The notes under the pieces are model-generated. The model worked only from the letters and a program-made list of their open reading frames with translations, did no database searches and was not told where the DNA came from. Made by a program: the position numbers and the translations under genes. Shown here piece after piece: positions 39,456 to 55,594 of a DNA stretch of 64,000 nt (positions are counted from its first letter, which is position 1; every line of letters begins with the position of its first letter). Source of the stretch: the human T2T-CHM13v2.0 reference genome, Homo sapiens; the NCBI RefSeq assembly GCF_009914755.1, contig NC_060930.1. The stretch is one strand, 5' to 3'.

Positions 39456-42215
39456 CTATGAAATTCTTTCTGTGAGGCAATGGGGCAATGACCCTAGAAC
39501 TGCTGAGTTAGCAGCAGTGACAGACTCAGTGCCAAATCATATATTAGAAAAAAAAATCAGATAGAGGTAAAGTCCAGATCCAAAGAAGAGGGTTTTTAGC
39601 AGTAAAGCAGACAGTAGAACCCACCCAGCTTTCTAGGGTGCAGGGGGCCTCCCTTCCAGGCATCATGAACAGTGGGGGACCATAACTAGGCATGATGGCT
39701 TCAGATACAGGGCTTGTTCATCTCTTGTTGTGGTCAGGCACTGCCTAATGAGAGCAACCCCTTCCAAATGCTACTGCTGTGTTTAACTAGGGCTCTTGAT
39801 AATCTGACCAGCTTCTGTCTTACTGATTTTAGGAGAAAAATGGAGCAACCTGCAAGATGAGTGGGATTAGCTTCGTGCTGTCTCCCATGCACACCACTCA
39901 TGCACACTTGGCGAGCATGGCAGTTCCATTTATTTTGCACGCAGTTGTGATTTAAAAACTTTTAATTAATTAGTCTTATTAGTCTTCAGTTGGATTTAAA
40001 TGTCAAATAATAACCTTCTACCTTGTAAGAGGAGCCCTTTTACCTAAAGCAAGGCTTAAGTTTGGATAAATTTTGTCCTATTTATTATTCATCCACAAGC
40101 TCTCTTAAAACACTGAATACACACTAAGAAGGCTCTCAGCACTCCGAATAGTGTGATAAATCAAAAGCCAGTAACTTCTCAAAGTCATTGTGTATTAGTC
40201 AGGGCTCTCCAGAGAAATAAAACCAATAGAACATATATACATGGGCTTTTACCCAAATGTCATCTTTTCAATGAGTCCTCTTGCCTGCTTAATTTTTCTT
40301 TTTAGCATTTGCCACCTCCATATAACATGCACTTTACTTATTTATTGTCTTATTCTCTTTCACATGGGCAGGGGTTGCATTTGTCTGTTTACTGCTGTAT
40401 CCCTAGCACCTAGAGTGGTGCCTGGCATACGGCTGGTGTGTGATACATATATTTGGAGTGGAGGTAAAAGTCACCACTTAGGCTATCCACTTTTGTGACA
40501 GGGACAACACACGTATCACTTGTCATTGTACCTATAGCATCTCACCCAGAGCCACAAAAAAAGTGGCTCAAAGTATATATTAACAAAGAACAAAATGGAA
40601 TAATCCCATCTGAAGGCGAGGATATAATAAAAGCAACATACCTTTTTTTGGAAGGACATGGAGAGCATCAACCTTAAGACTAAAGACTAAACTTGAGAAG
40701 CAATTATTACATTTCTATTAAAAATTACCAAATACAAATAGTTAACTTTGAAGAAATATATGAATAATGATGGTATCTGCAAAAGAGGAAAAGACTTACT
40801 CAATTTCATTGTACCTTAGTTGTAAATAGTATTCAGGCCACCATTTGGAACCTATGTGACACAGTTTAGTTCCTGTCTATGTTCATAAGAGAGGGCAAAG
40901 GCCCGTTTACATCCAACCTCTGTATGCCAGCAGCCACGTATGCCACACTCTAAAATGGCTAAACAGTCATTCATCAGAATCGGTTCCAAGAACTCCAACA
41001 AAAATTAGAGCTCATGGTGCCAGATTGGCCTGGATTTTCATGCTCCTGGGTGATTACAAAGTTGTAAATAATGATGCTGTCCACTGATTTTCATCATGCG
41101 GGGCTCTCTGCTTCACTGTGCCTTCCTCTTATGTCCATGGCACCAATTTCTCTGATAGTTCCCCCAGGGGATAGGGTTAGATGTGGGTTCATAAGCGCTG
41201 GACCACTGAGGGTAATTCACTCTTAAGACTAGCGAGCACTTTCTGAATCTGAGGAGTCACATATTAAAAGAGGCAGAATCATCTTCTGATTTCAAAAAAG
41301 CAACTACATGACCACCCTGAAAGTGATTTCAAAACAGTTGAAAGCTAGCTGTTCAAGTTGATAAAAGCCACTGCAGTTCCCTGCAGGGAATGCTGATGGG
41401 CTCCGTTCCCTCTGCACATTAGAGCCATTTAAATGAAATAATTGATCATATTAACTGAAATCACCTGGCTTATAGCTCAGGTCCTAAGAATTGTTAGTGG
41501 CACTTGGAGCTACAAAGAGGAGTCCCCAAAAGAAACGATTCTCACTTTATTTTGGCAAATGGGTGGCTTAAGTAGAACTGGTCCTATTCCATAACAATAA
41601 AAAAGGAAAAAATAAATTTTATATAAACCTATTTCCAAGATTTCTTACCCCTTCTTGTCAGCATTTCAACTTTATTTGGTGGAACTATCTTTTCTCAATT
41701 ATGTGTGATGTATTGTGGTCGTGAATCATGGTGTCCTGAACTCCCTTTGGAAGCTAAAACGGTCTGTTGAGGCTCTGCCTACCAGCTCTCTAGGGTTTGT
41801 TAAAGCAAAAGAGTGAGCACTTTACTTAAATTTCACCAATTATATTATCTTCTGAGACCTTAAATGTTGAGTAGAGGGAAAATACAAGTTCAAGCCTATT
41901 TATTTCAACAATGGAGCAAGTTGCTACAGCTAAGACCTTTTGAGGCTGCCTGTTTCTTCAGGTTTTCCTTTGATTCTCAGAGTAACCCCACCTCAATTTA
42001 TTTGAATACATGTACTTATGGCTTAACCAACACACAGGTGGTTTCTTTAACTACAGTGCAAAAATCTTCACACATACAAACTTTTTAAAAAACAATTCTC
42101 AATATGAAAAAGAGAAATCAATATAATTGGCTACAAATTATTGGCATCTTTTCAGAGATTTTCTCAAGAAAGTAACTGAATTCCTAAAATTCTTATGACT
42201 TTGTTAAAGGACTCA

Positions 42216-42602
<387 letters not shown>

Positions 42603-42677
42603 CTAGTAGTATTAAAGAAAGTTTTTAATGAACAAATAATGTTAAGGCGGATTTTTTTGTTTGTTTATTTGTTTTTG

Positions 42678-42711
<34 letters not shown>

Positions 42712-44542
42712 AGACAGAGTCTCACTCTGTCGCCGAGGCTGGAGGGCAGTGGCACTGTGTTGGCTCACTGCAACCTCCGTCTCCTGGGTTCAAGCAATTC
42801 TCCTGTGCTAAGGCAAATTTTTAAGGATTATAAATAGTAAATATTAGAAGGGATACTGCTTAAAAATAAACAATTTGGATAGCTAAATGGTCTTCAGACT
42901 CTTTTGATTGTACAACATGTAAAAGAATTTTGAAAACTTTAGGCATTCCTTTGAATATTTTTAACTTGATTTCTAAAACTTTTCATCAAAAAATAAATTG
43001 TTTTGTAAATAAAAGAAAACATTAAACATGTTATAAGATGAAATAAGATGAAGAGTGACTATAATTAGAATAAGTATTTCATGACATAAGTTTATTTTAA
43101 TAAAAGTTCTAACCACTTTATTGTATCATTCATATCAAGTTTTTTAAATATATATTGAAATTTGGTGCTCTGGGAAAATATGCCAGCTTCATTTGAAAGA
43201 ATGAGTTCCTATCCTGTACTGCTTCAGTTATTCTGAATTCAGAACATTCCCACTCTGGCCAGTCCTCTCTTATAATAAAACATACAATACTGTGCATATT
43301 CTCAGTGATTAAAAAAAATACACACAGCAGATAAAAGAAGAGGGAGCAGGCAAACCAAGAGCCAAGGTGAATGTGTTAATCATTAGCAGGTTATCCCCAA
43401 ACCAATATTTGGAAGTACTCCTTTGTTGACAACCAGAAAGTGTTTACACTTCAGGCATTGCACCTAAATAAAGTGTGGATGCCTTTCCTTTCTAAAGTGG
43501 AAGGAGGGATATTGTGGACATAGGCACATTCTGAGGCAATTTTAGGAAATAAGTTGAAATTGATGGAAATTGAGAAAGACTTTGGAAAGTGTTTGCCTGC
43601 CTCCACTACCAAAAAGTCCATGGAGAAAGCAAAGTAAAAGGTCCAAAAATGAAAGTCAGCAGAAACCAGAAAGATGGGCAACAAGGTTTTACCATACAGA
43701 TAAATAGAAGAGAGATTCTTAGTAAAGAAAACAAATTGAGGACAATCACTAAATAAAACAAAATCGAAGGAAACTCTAAGACCACCAGCCAAAAAGCAAG
43801 AGAAAATGATTAACACCTTGGCACATCTTGGTGAAGGAATTCCAGGATAAAGAGAATCCTATAGCACCTAGCCTAAACATAGCTCTCCTACAAAAAGTAG
43901 CTGGCTAACTAGACTTCCTCATATTGGACATCAGAAGAGACTAGCAGGAAGTCAATACTGTTCTGAATAAGACAAATTGTGGAACAAAATTTCTGTTCCC
44001 AGCTAAGTTAATATTACAATGTTTTAAGGCTCCACAGTGATCATAAAGAGTACTATGAAATAAATTCTCAGCTACTGTGGGACTCAGAGGCTCATCCAAG
44101 TACTGCTCCAAAAAAATACTCCATTGAAATGTTTTGAGATGAAGAAGGATAAAGGATGGACATGAAAAAACAAAACAAAAAACACTTCATTGTCCAGGGG
44201 TATGCTAAGTGAGCAAGAAGTGTCCAGCACTCAAAATTAAGGAGGCACTCACTCTCATGTGCCAATTCTGTTCTTGCATGAGCCTAAGAAAGGATGCCTC
44301 CTTAAATATTGCTTCCTGGGCACCTCACTTGCCTCATCTTGGTTTCAGCCCTCAAATTATGTTCAAATAACAGTGAAAAGTATAATACCCAACAGAATGC
44401 AAATGCTATAATTCTTCTATGGAAACTACTCAATGCAAAATTAATACATTAACTGCAAAAGGTCAGAGCAAAACTTCCAGAGAACAGTAGTGAAACCAAG
44501 AGTGAGATGATAGGATGCCTCAGTGTGTCTGTTTTCTTATTA

Positions 44543-44706
<164 letters not shown>

Positions 44707-44961
44707 GCTGAGAGTCAACAGCCACTTTTTTACTATATAGGTTATTAACTTGAGAAATAAAGCATTAAAAGAACAATGAATTTGGGAGCACAACACAGCA
44801 AAATGTAATCTGCCCACAAAAGTGGACTTAGAGGAGCAATTTTCCTCTAAGCTTTAACCTGTTTCATAATTAAATGAAAAATAAATAAACTATCCAAAAC
44901 AAAATTTATATGAAGTAAAGCAAAGGGAAATAGGACATAAGCTTGATAAAAGATAAAGCTA

Positions 44962-45303
<342 letters not shown>

Positions 45304-46501
45304 CTATTCTTAAAATTAGTAAATGACTAAGTAGTCTAATGAAGGAGAAAGAAAGCACACATGCAATTGGGTCAGAAGTACAAAGAAGCTAAAACCTCAG
45401 ATATAGATAAAATGAATATATTATTAAAAAGATAGCCTGATAAAACAGTTGAATTTTTGCAAATATACTTTAAATAGTGTGTAAAATAGATGATCCTCCA
45501 AGATAACATAAATGGTCAAAATTGATCAAAGAAAAATATAAAACCCCTTAAAAGACCAGTAACTGAAGGAAATTGAGAAAGTTATCAAAGTCTCCTCAAA
45601 ATGGCTTTCAGCCTGCATGATTTTTACAAACCAATGCTTTCAAGCTTTCAAATAACAACAGCAATTATAAAAATTCCATTCTAGTCAATCTTTTTCAGAG
45701 TAATGGGGAAAAAGGAAAGTTCTCCTTTCTTGTTTTTGAAATCAGCATAAGCTCCATATCCAGACACAAAAAAGATACACAAAACACATGTATGCATACA
45801 GAGCCAATCTCATATATCAGTACATCAGCCAAAGTCCTAAATAAACTATTAGTGAATCAAATTCTGTCGTACATCAAAAGAATATTCAAGGGAAAGCTCA
45901 ACATTAAGAAATACATTAATATAATTCATAATATTTAACAGTCAAGGAGAAAAAGTAAGTCATCTCATCATTAGGTAGATGACAATAAACTATTTGAGAA
46001 AAGTGAATTAATTTTCATGACTATTGTTAGAAACAATCCTTTAGGGATGGGGAGGGGAGATGAATTAGAAATGTTTCCTATCAGTTCACAATTGCATCTA
46101 TTCTGAAGCCATTAGGAATGTGAATGGTAACTCTTCCTCAAACCATCACATAAGGAAAGATACCCTGAAAGTCTGACACACCGAAGTCATCTGTCAGGAA
46201 TCAATCAGAGAAGCTGCTGGGAAAACCTCAGAGAAGCTGCTGGGAAAACCTAGGCATTCTGAGTCATCATTGTTCTTATCACCCGTGGCAACTGATGCAA
46301 TTGGAAGCAACTGATGCTTTCAGGGTCATGGTTTCTTCAAAGCCTGAGCTCATTAATTTTGCTGTTTGAGAACTTGCAGTTTGATCCAAAAGCTGACAGC
46401 ATCGATTGACCCATTGCCTTCCTTCCTGCTCTGATACTGGAAGTTCCAACAAAAGAGGAGGAGGAACAGGACCAAGAAGAACATGAAAGCAGAGGACCAG
46501 G

Positions 46502-46805
<304 letters not shown>

Positions 46806-48573
46806 GCAAAGGACCGAAGGACCAAGACCCCTTCCCAACTGCTCCATTGGTCAAAACGAAGTCAGAGCAGAAGCTCTCAAAAGGATGATACTTTGAATTT
46901 GCTTTCTGTTTTATTTTCTACATTCATAAACGTGCACAAATCATAAATGTACAATATTCACAAAGTAAACACACATCCAAGTCAAGAAATAAAATATTTC
47001 TAGTACCCCAGGAGCACTTCTTAAGTACCATCCATCCAGCCACAACCCCCATCCCTGCACAAGGGAAATCGCTCACTGATTTTTAACAGGACAGATTGGT
47101 TGTAGCTGTTTTTAAAAAGTATTTTATAAACCTTTAAAAGAATGTGCGTTTTGTCTTCCTTTAATCAATATTGTGCTTATGAGACCCATTCATCTATTAT
47201 ATATTGGGGTCTGTTAATTCTCATTGCTATACAAATAGACCGTGGTTTATTTACTCATTCTTTTTTTAACAGACAACTTCCTGTTCAGGCTATTACAGAT
47301 AGTGCTCCTATGAACATTGTTGTACATGTTTTATGGATGTATATGTGCATTTCTAAGTAAAATGTCTGAGTCACTGGAATTGTACATTTAGCTTTAGGAG
47401 ATATTGCCGAGCAGCTTTCCAAAGTTCACATTCGTAACGTATGAAAGTTCCAGTTGCTCCACATGTCTGGCAACATTTTGTTTTCCATCTCCTTTCATTT
47501 TATCCATTAGTTAATTTTATAGTGGTATTTCATTGTAGTTTTGATTTTCATTTCTGTAATGACTAATGAAGTTGAACATCTTTTTATATGTTAAGGAGCC
47601 ACTTACATTTTCTCTTTTATGAAGTCCCTGTTCAAGTCATTGGCCCATTTTTTAGTTGGGTTGTCTGTCCCCCACCCTTTTTTGGTTTTTTTTCCTCTTT
47701 TTTCTGTACATAATTTGACTACCTATTATACTATGTCTTTCTTTTTTCTTCTACTTCTTCTTTTAGTTTTCTGCAAACCCCCTTTCCTCTTTGTGTTGTC
47801 AATATCATGAAGGCAAAATCAATGTTCTCATCTTAGTACCACCCTCAGGGCCTGACACTCTGTTTTTCTGAAAAACTTGCTCAAAAATACCCATTGATTT
47901 GCATTAGGAGATTCTCTTCATCTGCTGAATTAGCCCAAGGTTCTTGTCCAAGCAGTTTTTTAATAGGATTTAAAATATGGTGGGAACTTCTTCTCTAGAC
48001 ATGTTGTGGCAAAACCAGAATCAGTTCTGTGTGAGGAGACAAACTAAAGGATATGTCTTAAGTGTTAGGAGCCAAATTAATTCCTGTTAGAGTTGACGCT
48101 GCCTATCTGAGTATCTTGGGAAAGTAAGAAAAATATGAAGAAGGTTAAATTATCTTTTTCTACGCTCAAAAGGAACTTCTCTTGTATGTGATACACTTCT
48201 ATGCCTTGTATGTGATACATTTCTGTGCCTTTTCTCATCTTGTTATGTCTTCAATATTTTTCTCCCCCATATAAATTGTCATTTCACTTGAAAGTGTCTC
48301 TGTCATCTCTCTCCAATTTTCATTATATGGTCTAAACTATATTGCTATCCCTTCTGGAAGTGTCTACATTGCCTTCCTTCACATTCATTCTTCTCACAAT
48401 ACAAGCTTTCCAGTTCTATCTTCTCTGTCCTTGATTTCTAAGTTAACCTCATTTATTTAATCTTGTATTGGTCATTTTCTCATCATTAATCTCTTGCAAT
48501 TGGGCTAGGATAAATAAATATCTGTTTAATCTGATGGAAATATCTGGATCTAAATAATTTGAAAATGGTCTAT

Positions 48574-48579
48574 TTTATT
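48574..48579 (-). terminator. Candidate SLC17A2 poly(A) signal AATAAA (a second at 48802-48807)
   Basis: AATAAA on the minus strand about 560 nt after the stop codon. Confidence 0.5.
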
Positions 48580-48869
48580 TTAGCATGTAAATTTTAATAG
48601 AATTTAATCACATAAATAAACGTCTATGTTTTACAATGTATAAAAAATAATAAAAACTTTAATTCTGGGGATTATAGCTTTACAGTTCTGATCGGTGCTG
48701 AGATCTGTAACATATGGCTACAATTCCGAGCAGATCTTCTCTGCATCCAATAACCTGCCCCACCATGAAGATATTTATCAGTGATCATTTTCACATGAAT
48801 TTTTATTTATTTAGTACTTTCCAATGAGGAAAATTCAAAGGCCACATGAATTGACTTTTCAAGTTTGTC

Positions 48870-49047
48870 CAGCTGTTGTCAACCCCGGGCGCATGCTAGA
48901 AACCTCTAAGGAGTATCTAAAAATTAGTAGTATCTGGGTTCCACCCCAGACCAATTCATTCAGAATCTCTGGAGTGGGTCCCAAGTATCAGTGTCTTATA
49001 AAGGCTCCCCAGGGAAGACTAACACACAGCCAGAGTTAAGAACTGCT
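48870..49047. mobile_element. MER5 (hAT-Charlie) in the SLC17A2 3'UTR
   Basis: caccccagaccaattcattcagaatctctggagtgggtccc...cagccagagttaagaactgctg. Confidence 0.7.
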
Positions 49048-49135
49048 GAGTCTATGGTCAGGAATATGGAGAGAAGTAAAAAATGTTTAAAAAGTTCATG
49101 CTCAGTACCACATTTAAGTTTGTAACTTTATGTCC

Positions 49136-49270
49136 TCAGAGGCGGGTAAGGGTCCTCTCTTTGGCCCAGTCTTGAAGTTCTGCTTGTCCAAACGTGAGGT
49201 AAAAGACCAGGCCAAACATGTTGACTGCAGCAGACAGGAAAAAGACATTCCTCCAACCAGACTCAAAATC
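49136..49270 (-). CDS. SLC17A2: SLC17A2 last coding exon
   Basis: [44 protein letters not shown]. The exons sum to 1437 nt = 478 aa + TGA. Confidence 0.95.
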   Translation of the reverse strand, partial: DFESGWRNVFFLSAAVNMFGLVFYLTFGQAELQDWAKERTLTRL

Positions 49271-50404
49271 CTAGATGTAAAAAACAGAGAAAATGATCAA
49301 TCTCACAAGTTCCTTCTACACCAGTTCTAGTAGCCCTCCCAGTTGTGTATTGCAATGTTGATCACAAGGAATATAAGGAACAATGTGCAGTAGTTACTTA
49401 AGAAAGTTTATGAAACTATTGGAAACAAAATGGCCAAAATGCACATGGGGTTCTGAGTTGAGATGGTTATTTCTTTAAACAAAAATAAAATACACTAATG
49501 TTTTTCTGAAAATTTGGATTTCAACATATAATATTACTCATTTAAAATTATGCCTAAAATGGCATTGTGGCATTGTGTTTGTGTCTTCTCTGTTTTTTTT
49601 TTTTGTTGTTGTTGTTGTTGCTGTTTGTTTTGTTTTTTTTTGTTTCTGTATTGGCTGTTGACAACTATCACTATAACCCATCTCAATTCAACATGAGTTC
49701 TCTTTGGTCTTCTGTGTGACCCTCCTCAGAAAGCCCTACTAAGTCATTTCCAGCATTATAGTCACAGTGGATTCCTAGCAGTTTAGTCAAATATTAACCT
49801 GGGAACTTGATCACATAGAAATGTAGTAAAAACAAAACTTCTCTTTGTAAGTTGGTTCTAGTCAGTCCTTCCATCCCTGCCTGGGTCTGTCTTTTCATCT
49901 TCCTCATGAGCCTGCATTTCCAAACACCGAGCAAGCCTCCTTGCAATGTCTCACAGCCGATCTGTTTCCAGACATTAAATTATCTTTAAACTGGCCTAGG
50001 ACACTTTGTTTCCCTTTTGTGATTTTTTAAAAATTGGATTAGTCTGAACATATTCTTCATGATCTTCTTTTGCCCCTCTGTCTTCGTCTCTTGCTATTCC
50101 TTGACATGTGTCTTTCATTCTGGTCATAACTAAGAACTGTTTCATGCTCATGTACCTCTAGGAAGTCATACGTGCTGTCTTCTGCACCGGAACAGCTCAT
50201 TTTAATCAATCTAACATCTATTCATCTTGAGAAAATAAGCTTATATTTTTCTTCCTCTGGGAAATCTGACCTACCAGAGTCTGATTTAGAGGCTCATGTA
50301 AATAGAGTAATTGTGTTGCCATCCAGATCTTTAGAGCACCGTGTGTATCTCCAACACCTAAAACAATACCTGCCACTTGAAGATGTTCAATAAACTGACC
50401 CAAC

Positions 50405-50495
50405 CTGACTGATGAGGAATCCAGTGGCAGTGGAAGAGATGATTCCTGCGATGAGCCCAAATCCCCTTGAGATTCCCATGAGGAAACTTGCATAT
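50405..50495 (-). CDS. SLC17A2: SLC17A2 coding exon 10
   Basis: [30 protein letters not shown]; 91 nt; AG/GT. Confidence 0.93.
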
Positions 50496-50971
50496 CTATG
50501 GGAAGATGATTTTATAAATGATTTTATATAGAAAGCCACCTACAGCTTCTGCAGCAACTCAACTTTAATGCAATTCAGCTCTAATGGCAAAGTCATTTTG
50601 CTTAATGCAGTTTTTCATTCACCTAAAGACATTCAGGGCAATGTCTATTTGCCAAACCTGAAATTACCAATCTACCAAGTCAATAACCAGGGAGCAATGC
50701 AGTCTCTCTGGGAACCACGTTTCTTTACCCTGGCTGCTCAGTGTAGAAGCCAGTTTGTGCAACGGGCAGGACACAGACTCCAAAGCCAGACTCCCCCAGT
50801 CCAAATCCTGGCTCTGCCTTTATGTGACCATAGTCACACCATTTAACCTCCTTGTGCCTCAGCCTTCTCCCTTATAAAATGGGGATAACAATAGGGCCTA
50901 CCTAATATAACTGTGAGGATTAGATGTGTTGATATATGGCAAGTCTTGGCACAGGAGCTGGCTTATTGTGA

Positions 50972-50974
<3 letters not shown>

Positions 50975-51028
<54 letters not shown>
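50975..51028. repeat. (TA)n microsatellite in an SLC17A2 intron
   Basis: About 26 perfect TA units. Confidence 0.95.
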
Positions 51029-51030
<2 letters not shown>

Positions 51031-51349
51031 GTAGCTAATATGAACAACACCATGGAAACTTTTCCAAATCACCTGTGTGTGGGCCTTTTCCCAGCATACA
51101 CAGTTCAATCTCTGTTAGGGAAGCTTGGGAAGGTTTTTGTCAAAATGATTACTGGCCAAGATTGGAAATTGTTGTTCTAAAAATGCCACATTTGTTGTTC
51201 TAAAAATGGCCACAGACAGATATTTGTAGTTATTTGTCATTCTGCCATTAGTGCAATGTCAGTAACATTAAAGAGTTTCACGGCGACCACTGAGGTCTAA
51301 CACCTCTGGAGGGGTCTGGAGGAGGGGAAAAAACAGGTAGAGCTCTTAC

Positions 51350-51497
51350 CTGGGGGCGATATCTAAGGTGTTGATGATAAACCCTGAGTCACATAGGTTA
51401 CTGGTCCCAGGAATAAGTATCAGCAAAATAATGGTTATCACGTAACTGGAGGCCACAAAGGGCAGGGCCACAGCACATATTGATGGAAGGAGGAGCC
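51350..51497 (-). CDS. SLC17A2: SLC17A2 coding exon 9 (148 nt; skipping shifts frame)
   Basis: [50 protein letters not shown]; AG/GT. Confidence 0.92.
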
Positions 51498-51586
51498 CTG
51501 GGCAATGAGGACATGCTGTCAGGGAACCCTCTGAGACCATGTGCAGAAAAGGGATTGGTTAAATGGGCCCACACGCTTATCCTTAC

Positions 51587-51719
51587 CAAGAGATGAAAAG
51601 AGCTTTCGCACAGTGATCAATCTGAGAAGATTCCTGGACAAAAGGAAATCTGCCAGCTGACCTCCTAAAATTGTACAGCTTGCAGCAGCAATAAAAGGCA
51701 GGGAGGACAGAACTCCACT
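51587..51719 (-). CDS. SLC17A2: SLC17A2 coding exon 8
   Basis: [44 protein letters not shown]; 133 nt; AG/GT. Confidence 0.94.
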
Positions 51720-51928
51720 CTGAAGGAAGGAAGTTTATACAGAGTAGTTATAGAGATACGTTAGCACCAAAATTTGTCAGTTACACAGACCAGCCATTAA
51801 CTTACCCCCATGATACTGTGGGTTGTTTGGGGGAAAATTAGCATCCTTTTTCACACTAAAAGAACACTGTCTCAGATAAGAGGGCCAGAAGCTGCATCAC
51901 TCTGGGCTCCAGATAAAAGCAATATTAA

Positions 51929-52232
<304 letters not shown>

Positions 52233-52535
52233 AGCAATATTATTTCTAAAAGAAGCTTTGGAATCAGCTGGTGTGGTAGTATAGCATAGTGGTTAAGAAT
52301 ATGGATGCTGCAGCAGCTCTATCACTTAGTATTGTGCAACCTGGGGCAAGTTATCTCACCTCTAAGTGTCCTGTTTCCACATCTGTGAAAAGGGAATTAT
52401 AACAATGCCTCTCTCAAGGTCATTGTGAAGGTTAAATTAATGGTTATATGTAAAGCCAGAATGTAATAGGTAACACAGAACTGTTTCTCCTTATTACCAT
52501 TATCATTTTCGTAGAAGTATAGGAAGTAAACTCAC

Positions 52536-52697
52536 ATCTCTGATGTTAACATGGAGCAGAGTACTGATATACGTTGGTAGGTATGTTAGGATGATGGTGC
52601 ATAACCAGAAATGGCTGAAAAAACCCAGGAAAATGGCCCAAAGTGGTAGGCATGTGACCATCGCCTTTATGGGGACAGCTCGTCCAGGAGAACTGGG
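52536..52697 (-). CDS. SLC17A2: SLC17A2 coding exon 7
   Basis: [54 protein letters not shown]; 162 nt; AG/GT. Confidence 0.94.
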
Positions 52698-52819
52698 CTG
52701 AAAAGAAAGATCTAATCAGCATGAGTATTAGAGCAGCCAAGATGGTGCCTCTCAGAGGAGATCCACACCCTGCCCTAGAGACCTCTGCATGGGCCACAGG
52801 TACAAGGTGTGCACTGTAC

Positions 52820-52938
52820 CTGTTGAGCCAGTGAGGACAGGATGTGCTCCTTTTCCCTAACACTTATGCACGGGTGATGCATGGGGTCATCATAAATCAC
52901 TGTGAACCATAGGAGACAGCAGACACAGCCAGTGCTAC
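52820..52938 (-). CDS. SLC17A2: SLC17A2 coding exon 6
   Basis: [40 protein letters not shown]; 119 nt; AG/GT. Confidence 0.92.
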
Positions 52939-54337
52939 CTGGGAAGAAGGGATAAAATTAGTTTTTAGGTAGATTTGTTTACTGGGGGAAGGAAGTTTCC
53001 TCTGAAGTGGCATGCCTCTCCCTTCTACACACTAATCAATTAATGCTTATTCTACCATAAGGACCTAAATGTTCCCATTCTTTCTTTCAATCCTTCTACA
53101 AACCTGTTAAAGCTTTTTAGATATTACGTCTCAAATAGAAAGCCACCATTTGTCAATGTCAGAGCCCTCTGGAGATAACAGGAGCGTGGCATTGCATAGC
53201 TGATTAATTACTTTAAAGTCTCCAATGATTACAGTGTTATGTATTTTAGGCAGCAACTTCTTAATGCACACATAAGTTGTCTTGTTGCGGAAGATCTGAA
53301 TAGTCAGGTTTGCAGTCATACATACACGAAACAACCTTCCATGAAATCATGTGGCAGGGAAAAATTTCCAATGCACTTACAAGAGACAGTATTATTTGTA
53401 TTCAAGCCATACATCCATTATGGATTCCCAAAAGAAATATTTTTGTACAATACCTGGTTAACATGTACAAACCAAAATAATTAGCATCATTAATGAGAAA
53501 GCCATTCAGGCCAGGACTATATTTAATGACACCATTTGGCTATAAAAACAAAATCAAGTGTAGAAAATTGTCTTATTATTGGAATTCCTTATTTGAAGAA
53601 CATTCTATGTTAAAAGATTCTGAGGACTAGTTTTCTTTAAATCCCCTCTAATTACTGGATTCACTGATTCTTTTATTTTAAAGCTAAAAATCAGGCACCA
53701 TGATGACACCCAAGTGATGAAAACATAGAATGGATTCCTTGCCTCAAGCATTTCACAGTCTAGTGGAAAGAAAAGGAGAAATAAATAATTACACACCAAC
53801 ATAACCTAGAGAGGAAATATCATAAAGGAGAGAATGCCAGAATCTGATAGGGTAAGCCCTGGAAGGGCCCATGGGGAAGGGAACATTTGAATTGAACTTT
53901 GCAAGATTAACTTGGTAGAGAACAGGTGAAAGGCATCTTGGACAGAAATAATAATTATAATGAAATATGAAGACACATTGAAAATGTACTTCACTATCTT
54001 TGACATCTTAACTGCATATAGCAGGCACTTCAGATGTGGTGGTAGAGATTCTGCAGAAGGTGCTTGATATGGAAGGACAAGACTGCATCACAAGTCGGTG
54101 GGTGCCATGTGAATAGTCAACTCCTCTACCTTTTGCGTGTGGCTTCCCAGAACCACCAGGAAGGTGTTAATCAGGTTGTGTGACTAGATTAAAAATGATA
54201 CCAACCGTTGACATTTTTTATCATCTTCCATTTGATAAAGGACATTTTCTTTCATATAGGAAGAATGTGGGTGGTGTAGGTGCCAAAATGGATGCTCAGG
54301 AAATGGAGGCATTAGGATTTAAGAGAAAGTGACTCAC

Positions 54338-54424
54338 CAAAGATGTAGAAGATAAAAGGCCAGCTCAAGGCCTGTGAGATTAGTCCCCCCACACAGAGGA
54401 TGATGAAGGATCCAAATGCTGACC
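54338..54424 (-). CDS. SLC17A2: SLC17A2 coding exon 5
   Basis: [29 protein letters not shown]; 87 nt; AG/GT. Confidence 0.93.
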
Positions 54425-55276
54425 CTAAAGGAAAAAGGGAGAAAAACACTTATGAAAATATCAAAGGCTGAGACTTCGTGGCCTCCCTAAACAATGTCCC
54501 AACAGTGAGGTGGCAGACTTAGAATTATTGGGCAATGAGAGTATTTATTTCTAAAATAGCTCACAGATTTTCCCCAGTAAAGTAATATGATATAATTAAA
54601 ATTAACAAATAATAGTAACACACTCTCTGATTCTTCAATGGCTCCTCAACACCAATGTGACCAAATCTAAATCCCTTAGTTTGTCACAGTAACTCTCTGC
54701 TATCACAGCCCATTAGCATTTTCTTGTGATTACAGTTGCATTCTTGCATGATCTAATATGAGGCTAGGGGCAGGAAATGAAAGACTTACAAAAATCGGTA
54801 AGATACAGCCCCTGCCCTCAAAGAGCTTCTGGTCCAATTGGAGAGAAAAATGTGAATAAAATTGATTGTCACTAGTGAAATGCCATGTAGGCTTTGGAAG
54901 TCTACATTAAAAAACAACAAGACACATATTTCACAGAGACCTATAGTAAGAAATGCATTTTACAGGGTAACATAACACACACACCAATATGCATAAACAC
55001 TTGTACATACAACCACACACATATGCCTCAAACGATGGTTTCATGAATCGATATTTAACTTTACCATGTCCAATGCACTCCAACAATTTCTATTCTATTC
55101 TACTCATTTTTTAAAATAATGATTTTAACCCGCTCAATGGATTTTATGACTCACTAATGGGTCCCAAACTGCAATTTGAAAAAAAAGATGTAAAATATAA
55201 ATATAATAAAACTACAATGTACGTGGAAGTATATCTGAGGATAAATTGATAATAATTATAAGATTTAGGAAGTTTT

Positions 55277-55594
<318 letters not shown>

